45,671 nucleotides of DNA. It comes from Candidatus Methylomirabilia bacterium. GTDB taxonomy: Bacteria; Methylomirabilota; Methylomirabilia; Rokubacteriales; CSP1-6. The notes under the pieces are model-generated. The model did not search any database. It had not been told where the DNA came from and saw only the letters and a list, made by a program, of their open reading frames with translations. Made by a program: the position numbers and the translations under genes. The DNA lies in the NCBI GenBank assembly GCA_041497895.1, contig JBGQHJ010000021.1, positions 1 to 45,671 of the forward strand, read 5' to 3'. Positions within the stretch are counted from its first letter, which is position 1. Every line of letters starts with the position of its first letter. Below are positions 37,952 to 45,671 of this stretch, piece by piece.

Positions 37952-37966
37952 GGCGTCGATCATACC

Positions 37967-38887
37967 CTAGACCCGCAGCCGGGGGTCGAGGGCATCGCGG
38001 ACCGCGTCGCCCACGAAGTTGAGCCCCACCACCGTGACGAAGAGGGCCGCCCCGGGCCCGAAGACGATCCAGGGGGCCTGCTGCAGGTATCCGCGCCCGG
38101 CGTTGATCATGCTGCCCCAGGAGGGCGAGGGCGGCTGCACGCCCAGGCCGAGGAACGACAGCGACGCCTCGGCCAGGATCGCGAAGGCCACGCTCAGGGA
38201 GGCCTGCACCACGATCGGCGCGCTGGCGTTGGGCAGCACGTGCGACCAGGCGATGCGCCAGCCGGGCACGCCCAGGGCGCGGGCCGCGTCCACGTACTCG
38301 CGCGCGGTGATCGAGAGCACCTGGCCCCGCATGAGCCGGGCGAAGGTGGGCGTGTAGACCACGCCGAGCGCGATCACCACCCCGGTGAGCCCGGCGCCGA
38401 GCACCGCGCCCAGGGCCAGGGCCAGCACCAGCGGCGGGAACGAGAGCACCGCGTCCATCAGGCGCATCACGAGCCCGTCGACCCGCCCGCCCGCGTACCC
38501 GGCCAGCAGGCCCAGCAGGCCGCCGACCAGCACCGCGATGCAGACCGATCCGAGGCCCGCGACCAGCGATACGCGCGTGCCCCAGATCACCCGCGACAGC
38601 ACGTCGCGGCCCACGTTGTCGGTGCCCAGGAGGTGGGCGCGATCCGGTCGGGCGAGCGCGTGGTTCAGGTCCTGCTTGAGCGGGTCGTGGGGCGCCACCG
38701 CCGGGGCCAGCAGCGCCGCCAGCACCGCGATCACCAGGACCGCGGCCCCGAAGGGCGCCAGCCGCGCCCCCGCGGCGTGCCGCAGGGTGCGCCAGCGGCG
38801 CGCGCGCGCCGGGCGGGCGGGCCCCGACCGCGCCAGGGGGGTGGCCGCCGGCTCAGCGATGCCGGATCCGGGGGTCGATGAGGCCAT
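37967..38887 (-). CDS. Peptide/nickel ABC transporter permease (DppC-like)
   Basis: HLLGTDNVGRDVLSR, EYVDAARALG and EASLSFLGLG motifs. Confidence 0.93.
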   Translation of the reverse strand: MASSTPGSGIAEPAATPLARSGPARPARARRWRTLRHAAGARLAPFGAAVLVIAVLAALLAPAVAPHDPLKQDLNHALARPDRAHLLGTDNVGRDVLSRVIWGTRVSLVAGLGSVCIAVLVGGLLGLLAGYAGGRVDGLVMRLMDAVLSFPPLVLALALGAVLGAGLTGVVIALGVVYTPTFARLMRGQVLSITAREYVDAARALGVPGWRIAWSHVLPNASAPIVVQASLSVAFAILAEASLSFLGLGVQPPSPSWGSMINAGRGYLQQAPWIVFGPGAALFVTVVGLNFVGDAVRDALDPRLRV

Positions 38888-39797
38888 AGAGGAGATCCAC
38901 CGCGAGGTTGCTCAGGATGAAGCCCACCGCGATCAGCAGCACCACCCCCTGCACCAGCGGGTAGTCGCGGGCGAAGACCGCGTCGACCACCAGGCGGCCC
39001 ACCCCCGGGAGCGCGAACACGTACTCGGTGATGACCGCCCCGCCGATCAGGGTGCCGAGCTGCAGGCCGAGCACGGTCACCACCGGGATCAGGGCGTTCT
39101 TGAGCGCGTGCCGGCGGACCACCGCGCCGTCGGAAAGGCCCTTGGCGCGCGCGGTGCGGATGTAGTCCTCGGAGAGCGCCTCCAGCATGCTCGAGCGCAG
39201 CGTCCGGGTGATGACCGCGGCCAGCGCGAGCCCGAGGGTGATCGCGGGCAGGGTGAGCGAGCGCAGCCCGTCCCACGGCTCCTCGAGCGGGTCGACGTAG
39301 CCCGAGATCGGCAGCCAGCGCAGCGTCACCCCGAAGACGAAGATCAGCAGCAGCGCGATGAGGAAGTTCGGCATGCAGATGCCGAAGAGCGCGAAGGTGG
39401 TGCCGCAGCGGTCGATCGTCGAGTTGCGGCGGGCCGCCGAGAGGATGCCGATCGGGGTGGCCACCAGCAGCGAGATCGCCATCGCGAGCCCGGCGAGCTG
39501 GAGGCTCGGCCTGATCCGCCGGCTCACGTTCTCGATGACCGGCTCGCGATTGCGGATGGAGCGGCCGAGGTCGCCCTGGAGCAGGCGGCCCATCCAGGTC
39601 GCGTACTGGAGGTAGAGCGGTCGGTCGAGCCCGAGGTCGCGGCGCAGCTCGCGCTTCACCGAGTCGTCCACCGACTCCGCCATCATGGCGTCGATCGGGT
39701 CGCCGGGGGTGAGGTGGATCAGCGCGAAGACCCCGGCGGTGACGAGCAGCAGCACCGGGATCGTCGCGGCGAGCCGGCGGAGGACCAGACGTCCCAC
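38853..39797 (-). CDS. Peptide/nickel ABC transporter permease (DppB-like)
   Basis: PGDP, GDLGRS, DYIRTARAKGL and RDYPLVQG motifs. Confidence 0.93.
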   Translation of the reverse strand: MGRLVLRRLAATIPVLLLVTAGVFALIHLTPGDPIDAMMAESVDDSVKRELRRDLGLDRPLYLQYATWMGRLLQGDLGRSIRNREPVIENVSRRIRPSLQLAGLAMAISLLVATPIGILSAARRNSTIDRCGTTFALFGICMPNFLIALLLIFVFGVTLRWLPISGYVDPLEEPWDGLRSLTLPAITLGLALAAVITRTLRSSMLEALSEDYIRTARAKGLSDGAVVRRHALKNALIPVVTVLGLQLGTLIGGAVITEYVFALPGVGRLVVDAVFARDYPLVQGVVLLIAVGFILSNLAVDLLYGLIDPRIRHR

Positions 39798-39812
39798 TGG
39801 GCCGCCCGGACG

Positions 39813-41399
39813 CTACTTCAGCCAGACATCCTTGAAGCGCATCATCCCGTCCGGGATCGGGTCGTAGCCCTGCACCCGGGGGCTGAACGCCTTGGGCTCG
39901 ACGGGGTGGACGATGAACACCATCGGCAGCTCCTCCTGGAGGACCCGGGTGAGCTGGCTGAAGAGCTTCTTGCGCTCGACCTGGCTCGAGACCTCGCGTG
40001 ACTTGTCGAGCAGCGCGTCGATCTGCGGATTGGAGATGCCCGACCAGTTGAGCGAGGTGCCCGGCGTGGTCCGGTAGAACTGGAAGGTGTTGCCGTCCGG
40101 ATCCGGCCGCCCGCTCCACTGGAAGCTGATCATCTCGAAGTTCTTGGCGTTGCCGTCCGAGATCAGGGTGCCCGAGTCGACCAGCTTGATCTTCATGGTG
40201 ATCCCGGCCTCCGCGAGCTGGGCCTGGATGACCTCGGCCTCCTGCACGTTGATCGGGATGTTGTTGGTGGTCATGGTGAACGTGAAGCCGCCCGCCTTGC
40301 CGCCCTCGGCCAGCTTCGCCTTCGCCTTGGCCAGGTCGCGCTTGATGAACGGGATCGAGCGGTCGTAGGCCCAGCTGGTGGGCGGGATCGGCCCGTTGGC
40401 GGGTACCCCCACGTTGAGCCAGACCCCCTTGACGATCTGCTCGAGGTCGAGCGCGTAGGCCACCGCCTGCCGCAGGGCCCGGTTGTCGAACGGCGGCCTC
40501 GTGTGGTTGAGCTGGTAGGCGAAGTCGGCCAGCGACGGCACGTCGATCACCACCACGTTCTTGTCCGCCTTCACCGCGGCCACGTCGCGCGGCTGCACGT
40601 AGTCCATCACGTGGATCTCGCCCGCCTGCAGGCTCTGGAGCTTCACGGTGTCGTCCGGGATCGGACGGTAGCGGATCTGCTCGAGGTACGGGCCGCCCTG
40701 CTTGTTCCAGTAGCCGTCGTTGCGGCGGATCAGCAGGTGGTCGTCCTTGACCCACTCCACGAAGACGAAGGGCCCGGTGCCCGCGCCCTTGGCGTTGCGC
40801 TCGAGCTCGGCGCCGCGCTCCTGGGCGGTCTTGGGCGAGACCATCATGCCCGCGCGGTCGGTGAGGGTGGCGAGCAGGGCCGCGTCCGGGCGCTTGAGGT
40901 TGAGCTTGACGGTGTAGGCGTCCACCACCTCCACCGTGTCGATGCTGGCCACCTCGCCCTTGCGCACCGACTTGGGCTCGGTCTTCATGCGGTTGAAGTT
41001 GAACTTCACCGCCTCCGCGTTGAAGTCGGTGCCGTCGTGGAACTTGACCCCGCGGCGTAGCTTGAACACGAGCGTCTTCGGATCCGGCTGCTGCCAGGAC
41101 TCGGCCAGGCCGGGCTTCACCCCGAGGTTGGTGTCGAGGACGACCAGCGGCTCGAAGATGTTGTGGTAGACCTGCCGGTCGATCTTGCTGCCCGACAGGT
41201 GCGGATCCATCGTGGCCGCCTCGATGTAGAAGGCGACCCGCAGCGTGCCGCCCTTCTTGGGCGTCTCCTGGGCCCTCGCCCGTCCCGCCCCGCGCGCGGC
41301 GAGCACCGCCGGGGCCACCGCGCCCGCGGCGAGCGTCCTCCGTAGAAACGCACGGCGTGAGATGTCGCTCGGGGTCGCGTCGGGCTGATTGGCCGCCAT
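39813..41399 (-). CDS. Peptide/nickel ABC transporter substrate-binding protein (family 5) with Tat signal
   Basis: SRRAFL Tat motif, LRRGVKFHDGTDFNAEAVKFN, GTGPF. Confidence 0.93.
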   Translation of the reverse strand: MAANQPDATPSDISRRAFLRRTLAAGAVAPAVLAARGAGRARAQETPKKGGTLRVAFYIEAATMDPHLSGSKIDRQVYHNIFEPLVVLDTNLGVKPGLAESWQQPDPKTLVFKLRRGVKFHDGTDFNAEAVKFNFNRMKTEPKSVRKGEVASIDTVEVVDAYTVKLNLKRPDAALLATLTDRAGMMVSPKTAQERGAELERNAKGAGTGPFVFVEWVKDDHLLIRRNDGYWNKQGGPYLEQIRYRPIPDDTVKLQSLQAGEIHVMDYVQPRDVAAVKADKNVVVIDVPSLADFAYQLNHTRPPFDNRALRQAVAYALDLEQIVKGVWLNVGVPANGPIPPTSWAYDRSIPFIKRDLAKAKAKLAEGGKAGGFTFTMTTNNIPINVQEAEVIQAQLAEAGITMKIKLVDSGTLISDGNAKNFEMISFQWSGRPDPDGNTFQFYRTTPGTSLNWSGISNPQIDALLDKSREVSSQVERKKLFSQLTRVLQEELPMVFIVHPVEPKAFSPRVQGYDPIPDGMMRFKDVWLK

Positions 41400-41441
41400 T
41401 CCGTCTCCTCCTGGTCGGGGGGTTCGAAGCGAAGGCGCCGT

Positions 41442-42596
41442 CTAGAGCCGTCCCTCGTCGATCTTGAGGCCGAGCCAGTACCGCCCGACCAGCTCGTAGT
41501 GCGACCGCCGGGCCTGCAGGTGCTGGCTGATCACGTGGACGTCCTGGAAGTAGCGCTGGATCGGGTTGCCGTCGTAGACCGCGGTGGCGCCCGCCAGGTT
41601 GTAGACCGCGTCGACCACCCGCACCGCGAGCCGGATGCCGTGGGTGGTGGCGAGGCGGAGGTTCGCGCGCTGCTCGAGGGTGATGCCCCCGCCGCGAGTG
41701 AGCGAGTGCCATATCTCGCCGACCGCGTCGGCGAGATAGGCGCGCCCGGAGCGCAGGTCCGCCTCCGCGTGCCCGACGTCGTTCTGCACCATCGACTGGT
41801 CGCGCAGCAGGGCCTCCATCGCCCGCGGGGTCTTGGTGGTGGCGAGCTCCACGAAGGTGGCCAGGCAGCTCCGCGCGGTGCCGAGCGCCACCGCCGCGTC
41901 GCCGGAGGCGAACACGAGGGTACGGGGGATCTGGTAGAGCGGACCGGTCTCGACGAGCGGCGCGGTCACCGACTTCACGCTGCGCTCCTCGGGCACGAAG
42001 ACGTCGTTCACCGCGAAGTGGTGCGTCCCCGTTCCCCGCATGCCGCGCACCTGCCAGGTGTCGAGCAGCTCGGCCTGCGCGCGCGGCACGAAGCAGTAGC
42101 GCAGCTCCGGCTGCCCCTCGTCGAGCCGCGGACGACCCTGCTCGACCACGGTGGCGTGCGCGGCCAGCCAGGACGCGTGGCGGCATCCGGTGCTGAAGCC
42201 CTGCCGGCCGGTCACCCGGTAGCCGCCGGGCACCACCACCGCCTCCGCGCTCGCCATCGGGGTGTTGGCCACCACGCTGCGCGGCGGGTCGATCCAGATC
42301 GCGCGCGCCGCCGCGTGCGGCATCCGCGCCGCGTAGGTGGCGAAGATCGCCACCTGGTTCGTGACCCAGCCGGTGCTCGCGTCGCTCTTGCCGATTTCCT
42401 CGATGACCCGGATGTAGCTCGGCAGGTCGAGCTCCGCCCCGCCGATCGCCCGCGGCAGCCCGAGCTGGAAGAGCCCCGCGTCCGCCATCGCCTCGAAGAG
42501 CGGGCGCGGCAGCTCTCGCTGCGCGTCGGTCTCCGGGGCGGAGGCGCGGATGAGGGGTCCGAGGGCGCGGGCGGTGTCGAGCGGGGCGGCGCTCAC
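41442..42596 (-). CDS. Acyl-CoA dehydrogenase-fold flavin-dependent monooxygenase (HsaA-like)
   Basis: DASTGW, FSTGCRHASW, WQVRGMRGTGT and QRYFQDVH motifs. Confidence 0.85.
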   Translation of the reverse strand: MSAAPLDTARALGPLIRASAPETDAQRELPRPLFEAMADAGLFQLGLPRAIGGAELDLPSYIRVIEEIGKSDASTGWVTNQVAIFATYAARMPHAAARAIWIDPPRSVVANTPMASAEAVVVPGGYRVTGRQGFSTGCRHASWLAAHATVVEQGRPRLDEGQPELRYCFVPRAQAELLDTWQVRGMRGTGTHHFAVNDVFVPEERSVKSVTAPLVETGPLYQIPRTLVFASGDAAVALGTARSCLATFVELATTKTPRAMEALLRDQSMVQNDVGHAEADLRSGRAYLADAVGEIWHSLTRGGGITLEQRANLRLATTHGIRLAVRVVDAVYNLAGATAVYDGNPIQRYFQDVHVISQHLQARRSHYELVGRYWLGLKIDEGRL

Positions 42597-42606
42597 CGGT
42601 CGGCGC

Positions 42607-42927
42607 TCACTGGATCACGGAGTGCGGCGTGGCGACGATGCGCGTCACCTTGATCTGCTCGCGGTCGATCATCTGCCCGACCCGTGGCGAGATGTCGTTC
42701 TTCCAGTAGTCGCTCTGGTAGACCGCGTCGTAGAGCCGCTTGCGCTCCTGCTCGCTCTCGAAGCGGCGGAGCCAGACGTACACCGACGCGTCCTCCTCGC
42801 CCACAAAGCTGCCCAGGACGACCATGCCCATCTTGACCTGGAACGGGATGATCTCCTCCTCCATGCACTTCACCCACTTCTCCTGCTGCCCGGGACGGAT
42901 GTGGTACTGCCTGAGCTCGAAGAACAT
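42607..42927 (-). CDS. NIPSNAP family protein
   Basis: MFFELRQYHIRPG...YVWLRRFESEQER; SD GAGGAG. Confidence 0.88.
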   Translation of the reverse strand: MFFELRQYHIRPGQQEKWVKCMEEEIIPFQVKMGMVVLGSFVGEEDASVYVWLRRFESEQERKRLYDAVYQSDYWKNDISPRVGQMIDREQIKVTRIVATPHSVIQ

Positions 42928-42929
42928 CG

Positions 42930-44081
42930 TCATCTCCTCGGTTCGAGTGCACTGCTCACCAGCCACTCCGCCACCGCCACGCAGCCCGCCTGCTCGGGAC
43001 GCGCCCGCGCCAGGTCCAGCGCCGTCCGCCCGTCCGCGTTGCGCCGCCCCGGGTCCGCCCCCGCCGCCACCAGCGCCTGCACCGCCGCGAGGCTCCCCGC
43101 GTGCGCCGCTTCGTGCAGCGGGCCGCCGCGCCGGCTTTCGGCGGCGACCAGGGCCGGATCCTGCTCGAGTCGCTCCCGCACCTTCGACGCCCACCCCCAG
43201 CTCGCGGGCACGCAGATGCCGAACGCCTCCGGCGTGCAGCCTAGCACGGGATCGCGGAGCGTGGGGTCCGCCCCCGCGGCGAGCAGGAGCGCCACCACCC
43301 GGGGCGCGCCCGCGAAGTACGCCCAGTGCAGCGCGGTGCCGCCCGCGAAGGCCTGGAACGCGAGATCGGGCCCGTGCGTCAGCAGCTCCCGCGCCGTGCC
43401 CTCGTGACCGGCGCGGCAGGCCATGTAGAGCGCGTCGGCGACGATCTCCCGCTCGGTCCCGGGCGGGCACGGCCGCCGCGCGCCGTCCGGCGCGTAGCGC
43501 GAGCTGCCGGTGATCGAGGCCCGCGGCCCGAGCCGGCCCTCGGCGGTGAAGAAGGCACGCACGCGGTCCACCTCGCCCAGCCCGGCGGCACAGAACAGGT
43601 CCGGCTCGACGCCGGCCTCCATGAGGGCACGCGCGCAGTCGTAGGCCCCGATCACCACCGCCCAGGACAGCGGCGTGTGGGCGGAGTGGGCATACACCAG
43701 GTGTGGATCTCCGCCGCGGCGGAGCAGGAGCGGGATGAGCCCGGCGCGGTGCGCGTCGACCGCGGCCGACAACGGGGTGCTGCCCTCCTCGTCGCGCGCG
43801 TTGGCGAGGGCGGGATGGGCGGCGAGCAGGCGGTCCACCACCGGCCCCTCGCCGCTCCGGATCGCGGCGAAGAGCTGGGCGACGGGATCGGGCTCGGTGG
43901 CGGCGAGCCGACGGTCCAGCTCGGCCCGCAGGGCGCGCCAGCTCGTGAAGCCGTGCTCGCGTGCGACCGCGAGCTGGGCCTGGGCGAGGCGGGCGGAGCG
44001 ATCCGCGCGACGCATCTCCTGGAGCCGGTCCTTGGCGAGCTTCTTGAGGTACTCGAGGCTGGGACGATCGGGGAGCGGCAT
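42930..44081 (-). CDS. Ankyrin-repeat protein with LPxRPSLExLKKxAK N-terminal domain
   Basis: MPLPDRPSLEYLKKLAKD...AQLAVAREHGFTSW; ankyrin motifs TPLSAA, TALHWA, PLHEAA, GRTALD. Confidence 0.88.
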   Translation of the reverse strand: MPLPDRPSLEYLKKLAKDRLQEMRRADRSARLAQAQLAVAREHGFTSWRALRAELDRRLAATEPDPVAQLFAAIRSGEGPVVDRLLAAHPALANARDEEGSTPLSAAVDAHRAGLIPLLLRRGGDPHLVYAHSAHTPLSWAVVIGAYDCARALMEAGVEPDLFCAAGLGEVDRVRAFFTAEGRLGPRASITGSSRYAPDGARRPCPPGTEREIVADALYMACRAGHEGTARELLTHGPDLAFQAFAGGTALHWAYFAGAPRVVALLLAAGADPTLRDPVLGCTPEAFGICVPASWGWASKVRERLEQDPALVAAESRRGGPLHEAAHAGSLAAVQALVAAGADPGRRNADGRTALDLARARPEQAGCVAVAEWLVSSALEPRR

Positions 44082-44200
44082 GGCGCACCACCTTTCCATG
44101 TGCCCGGTGTCCGCGGAATCGGGCGGAAGGTGGTCCCTTCGTCGCTTCGGAGCAGGTGGGTTCGACCCTTCACGCGGACCGTGTGCCGCCTGGACGGCTG
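44082..44200 (-). ncRNA. Candidate structured cis-regulatory leader RNA
   Basis: Stem GTCCGCG/CGCGGAC; its loop holds ACCACCTTCC, complementary to the SD region GGAAAGGTGGT; promoter TTGACT-16-TAGACT at 44234-44207. Confidence 0.45.
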
Positions 44201-44259
44201 CGGGCGAGTCTACGACTGGCCGCCACCAAGTCAAGGCCTCGTGTAAAATCCCCGGAGAC

Positions 44260-45297
44260 ATGCCCCATCTCGTCTGTGGCTGCTGCCACGGGAGCACCGC
44301 CGCTCCGATCGCTCTGGCATCGCCGCGGGGCTCGCGGCGGGCCGCCGGCTCCTCTCACACGCGGCCGGTCGGTGCCGCCTCCCGGGCCTCCGCCAGTCCC
44401 GGGGTGCAGGGCTACTCCCCGCCCCCGCCTCCGGTCAGCCCGATCAAGGGGCTGATCGACTTCCACACCCACGCCGCGCCGGACATCTTCGGCCGCGCGA
44501 TCGACGACGACGAGCTGGCCGCCCTGGCCGCGTCGCGCCAGATGGAAGCGATCGTGTTCAAGAACCACGTCACCCACACCGCCGACCGAGCCTGGCTCGT
44601 GCGCAAGCACGTCCCGGGCATCAAGGTCTTCGGCGGCATCACGCTCAACCGGGCGGTGGGCGGGCTCAACCCGCAGGCGGTCGAGTGGATGTGGCGCATG
44701 CAGGGCGGCCACGGCCGTGTGGTGTGGTTCCCCACCTTCGACGCGGACAACCACGTGCGCAAGAGCGGCACCGCGCCGTCGGGCCTCCGCGTCGTGGACG
44801 AGCGCGGGCAGGTGCTGCCGGAGGCGCGCGCCGTCCTCAAGGTCTGCGCCGCGCAGCGCCTGGTGGTGCAGACCGGCCACGCCTCCGCCGAGGAAGCGCT
44901 GGCCCTGATCGAGGCCGCGCGCGAGGCGGGCTGCGACCGCGTGGTGGTGACCCACGCCCAGTTCGACGTCGTCGACATGAGCCTCGCCCAGATGAAGCGC
45001 GCGGCCGCGCTGGGCGGCAAGATGGAGCTCTGCGCGCTCCTCATGCTCACCGGTCCCGAGTCCCCGCTCGAGTGGATGCGCCACGCCCCGCGCATCCCGC
45101 TCGCCGACACCGCCGCGCGCATCAGGGCGGTGGGCGCCCAGCACTTCGTCCTCGGCACCGACCTCGGCCAGACCGGAAACCCCACGCCCGCCGACGGCCT
45201 CCAGATGTTCGTCACCGGCCTGCTCGCGGCGGGCATCACCCGCGCGCAGATCGAGCTGATGGGCCGTGAGACGCCGGGCGCGCTGCTCATGAGTTGA
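44260..45297 (+). CDS. DUF6282-like amidohydrolase/PHP-fold metalloprotein
   Basis: IDFHTHAAPD, KNH, WFPTFDA, TGH, VTH and GTDLGQ motifs; TAAAAT upstream. Confidence 0.8.
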   Translation: MPHLVCGCCHGSTAAPIALASPRGSRRAAGSSHTRPVGAASRASASPGVQGYSPPPPPVSPIKGLIDFHTHAAPDIFGRAIDDDELAALAASRQMEAIVFKNHVTHTADRAWLVRKHVPGIKVFGGITLNRAVGGLNPQAVEWMWRMQGGHGRVVWFPTFDADNHVRKSGTAPSGLRVVDERGQVLPEARAVLKVCAAQRLVVQTGHASAEEALALIEAAREAGCDRVVVTHAQFDVVDMSLAQMKRAAALGGKMELCALLMLTGPESPLEWMRHAPRIPLADTAARIRAVGAQHFVLGTDLGQTGNPTPADGLQMFVTGLLAAGITRAQIELMGRETPGALLMS

Positions 45298-45327
45298 CGT
45301 GTACGATCAGGTGCTGGCTGGGCGCGC

Positions 45328-45482
45328 GCGAGGGGCGGGGGCGGCGGGGGGCCCTCCCCGGAACACGCTGACTCGCATCCCGCTCCTCCACTCGATGGAG
45401 CCACGAGATCGGGGCACTTGCCTTCGGCAACGCGCAGAAGCCACGGTTCCGGGGAGGGCCCCCCGCCGCCCCCGCCCCTCGC
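45328..45482. repeat. Perfect 37-bp inverted repeat around an 81-bp spacer (MITE/REPIN-like)
   Basis: GCGAGGGGCGGGGGCGGCGGGGGGCCCTCCCCGGAAC at 45328-45364 and its exact reverse complement at 45446-45482. Confidence 0.85.
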
Positions 45483-45671
45483 TCAACGCCGAGTCACCGC
45501 GTGGCATGCGCGCCGGCAAATCGATGAGCAGGCACCCTCTGCCAGATCAGAAGCTTCATGGCTCGCTTGAAGTTCCGTTTGGAGCTCAGCTTCAAATTCT
45601 GACGGGAGAGGCGCGTGCTTGCCTTGGCCGGGCGGGAGGGCTGGGGGTGGGGTGCGGGGGGGGGGGGGCGC

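Noticed and set aside
33780..42186. ORFs of 1133, 1210 and 1151 aa overlapping the DUF748 and ABC genes
   Set aside because: Arg/Gly/Ala/Pro-rich alternative-frame translations with no domain signal.
45628..45671. Terminal G-rich run as a functional G-quadruplex
   Set aside because: Sits at the window edge with a long G homopolymer; may be a sequencing or assembly artefact.
1..45671. CRISPR array, tRNA/rRNA, prophage, integrase or known defence system
   Set aside because: No regularly spaced direct repeats, RNA gene signatures or such protein motifs were recognised.

Overview
A high-GC bacterial chromosomal window with about 45 genes and no rRNA, tRNA, CRISPR array, integrase or transposase that I can recognise. 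Gene content suggests Ca. Rokubacteria/Methylomirabilota; this is inference only. Recognisable blocks are: a Usp/LOG unit; crcB-DUF190 fluoride export; an amidase; an arsenic locus (arsR-arsC-MFS, an internally deleted aquaglyceroporin remnant, a convergent ArsN1-like GNAT); an ECF sigma/anti-sigma/Spy-CpxP unit divergent from a MacB-type permease; MdtABC RND efflux; LLM/SDR/lactonase enzymes; a 1518-aa DUF748 protein; a peptide ABC transporter with a flavin monooxygenase; and ankyrin and DUF6282 proteins. The most interesting signals are: (1) a secreted leader ORF ending in RAPP whose RAPP codons base-pair with the Shine-Dalgarno of the next gene, a candidate new ribosome-arrest attenuator; (2) an operon encoding an NHLP/Os1348-like small protein, a stand-alone cNMP-binding protein and an RRE-M50 membrane protein whose HExxH motif reads HQxxH; (3) five copies of an ECF-type promoter motif GTMAAC-N17-CGTC; (4) a pseudoknot-like, SD-sequestering leader RNA before the ankyrin gene; and (5) many leaderless, some bidirectional, -10 promoters. 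All family assignments come from motif recognition by eye, not from database searches.
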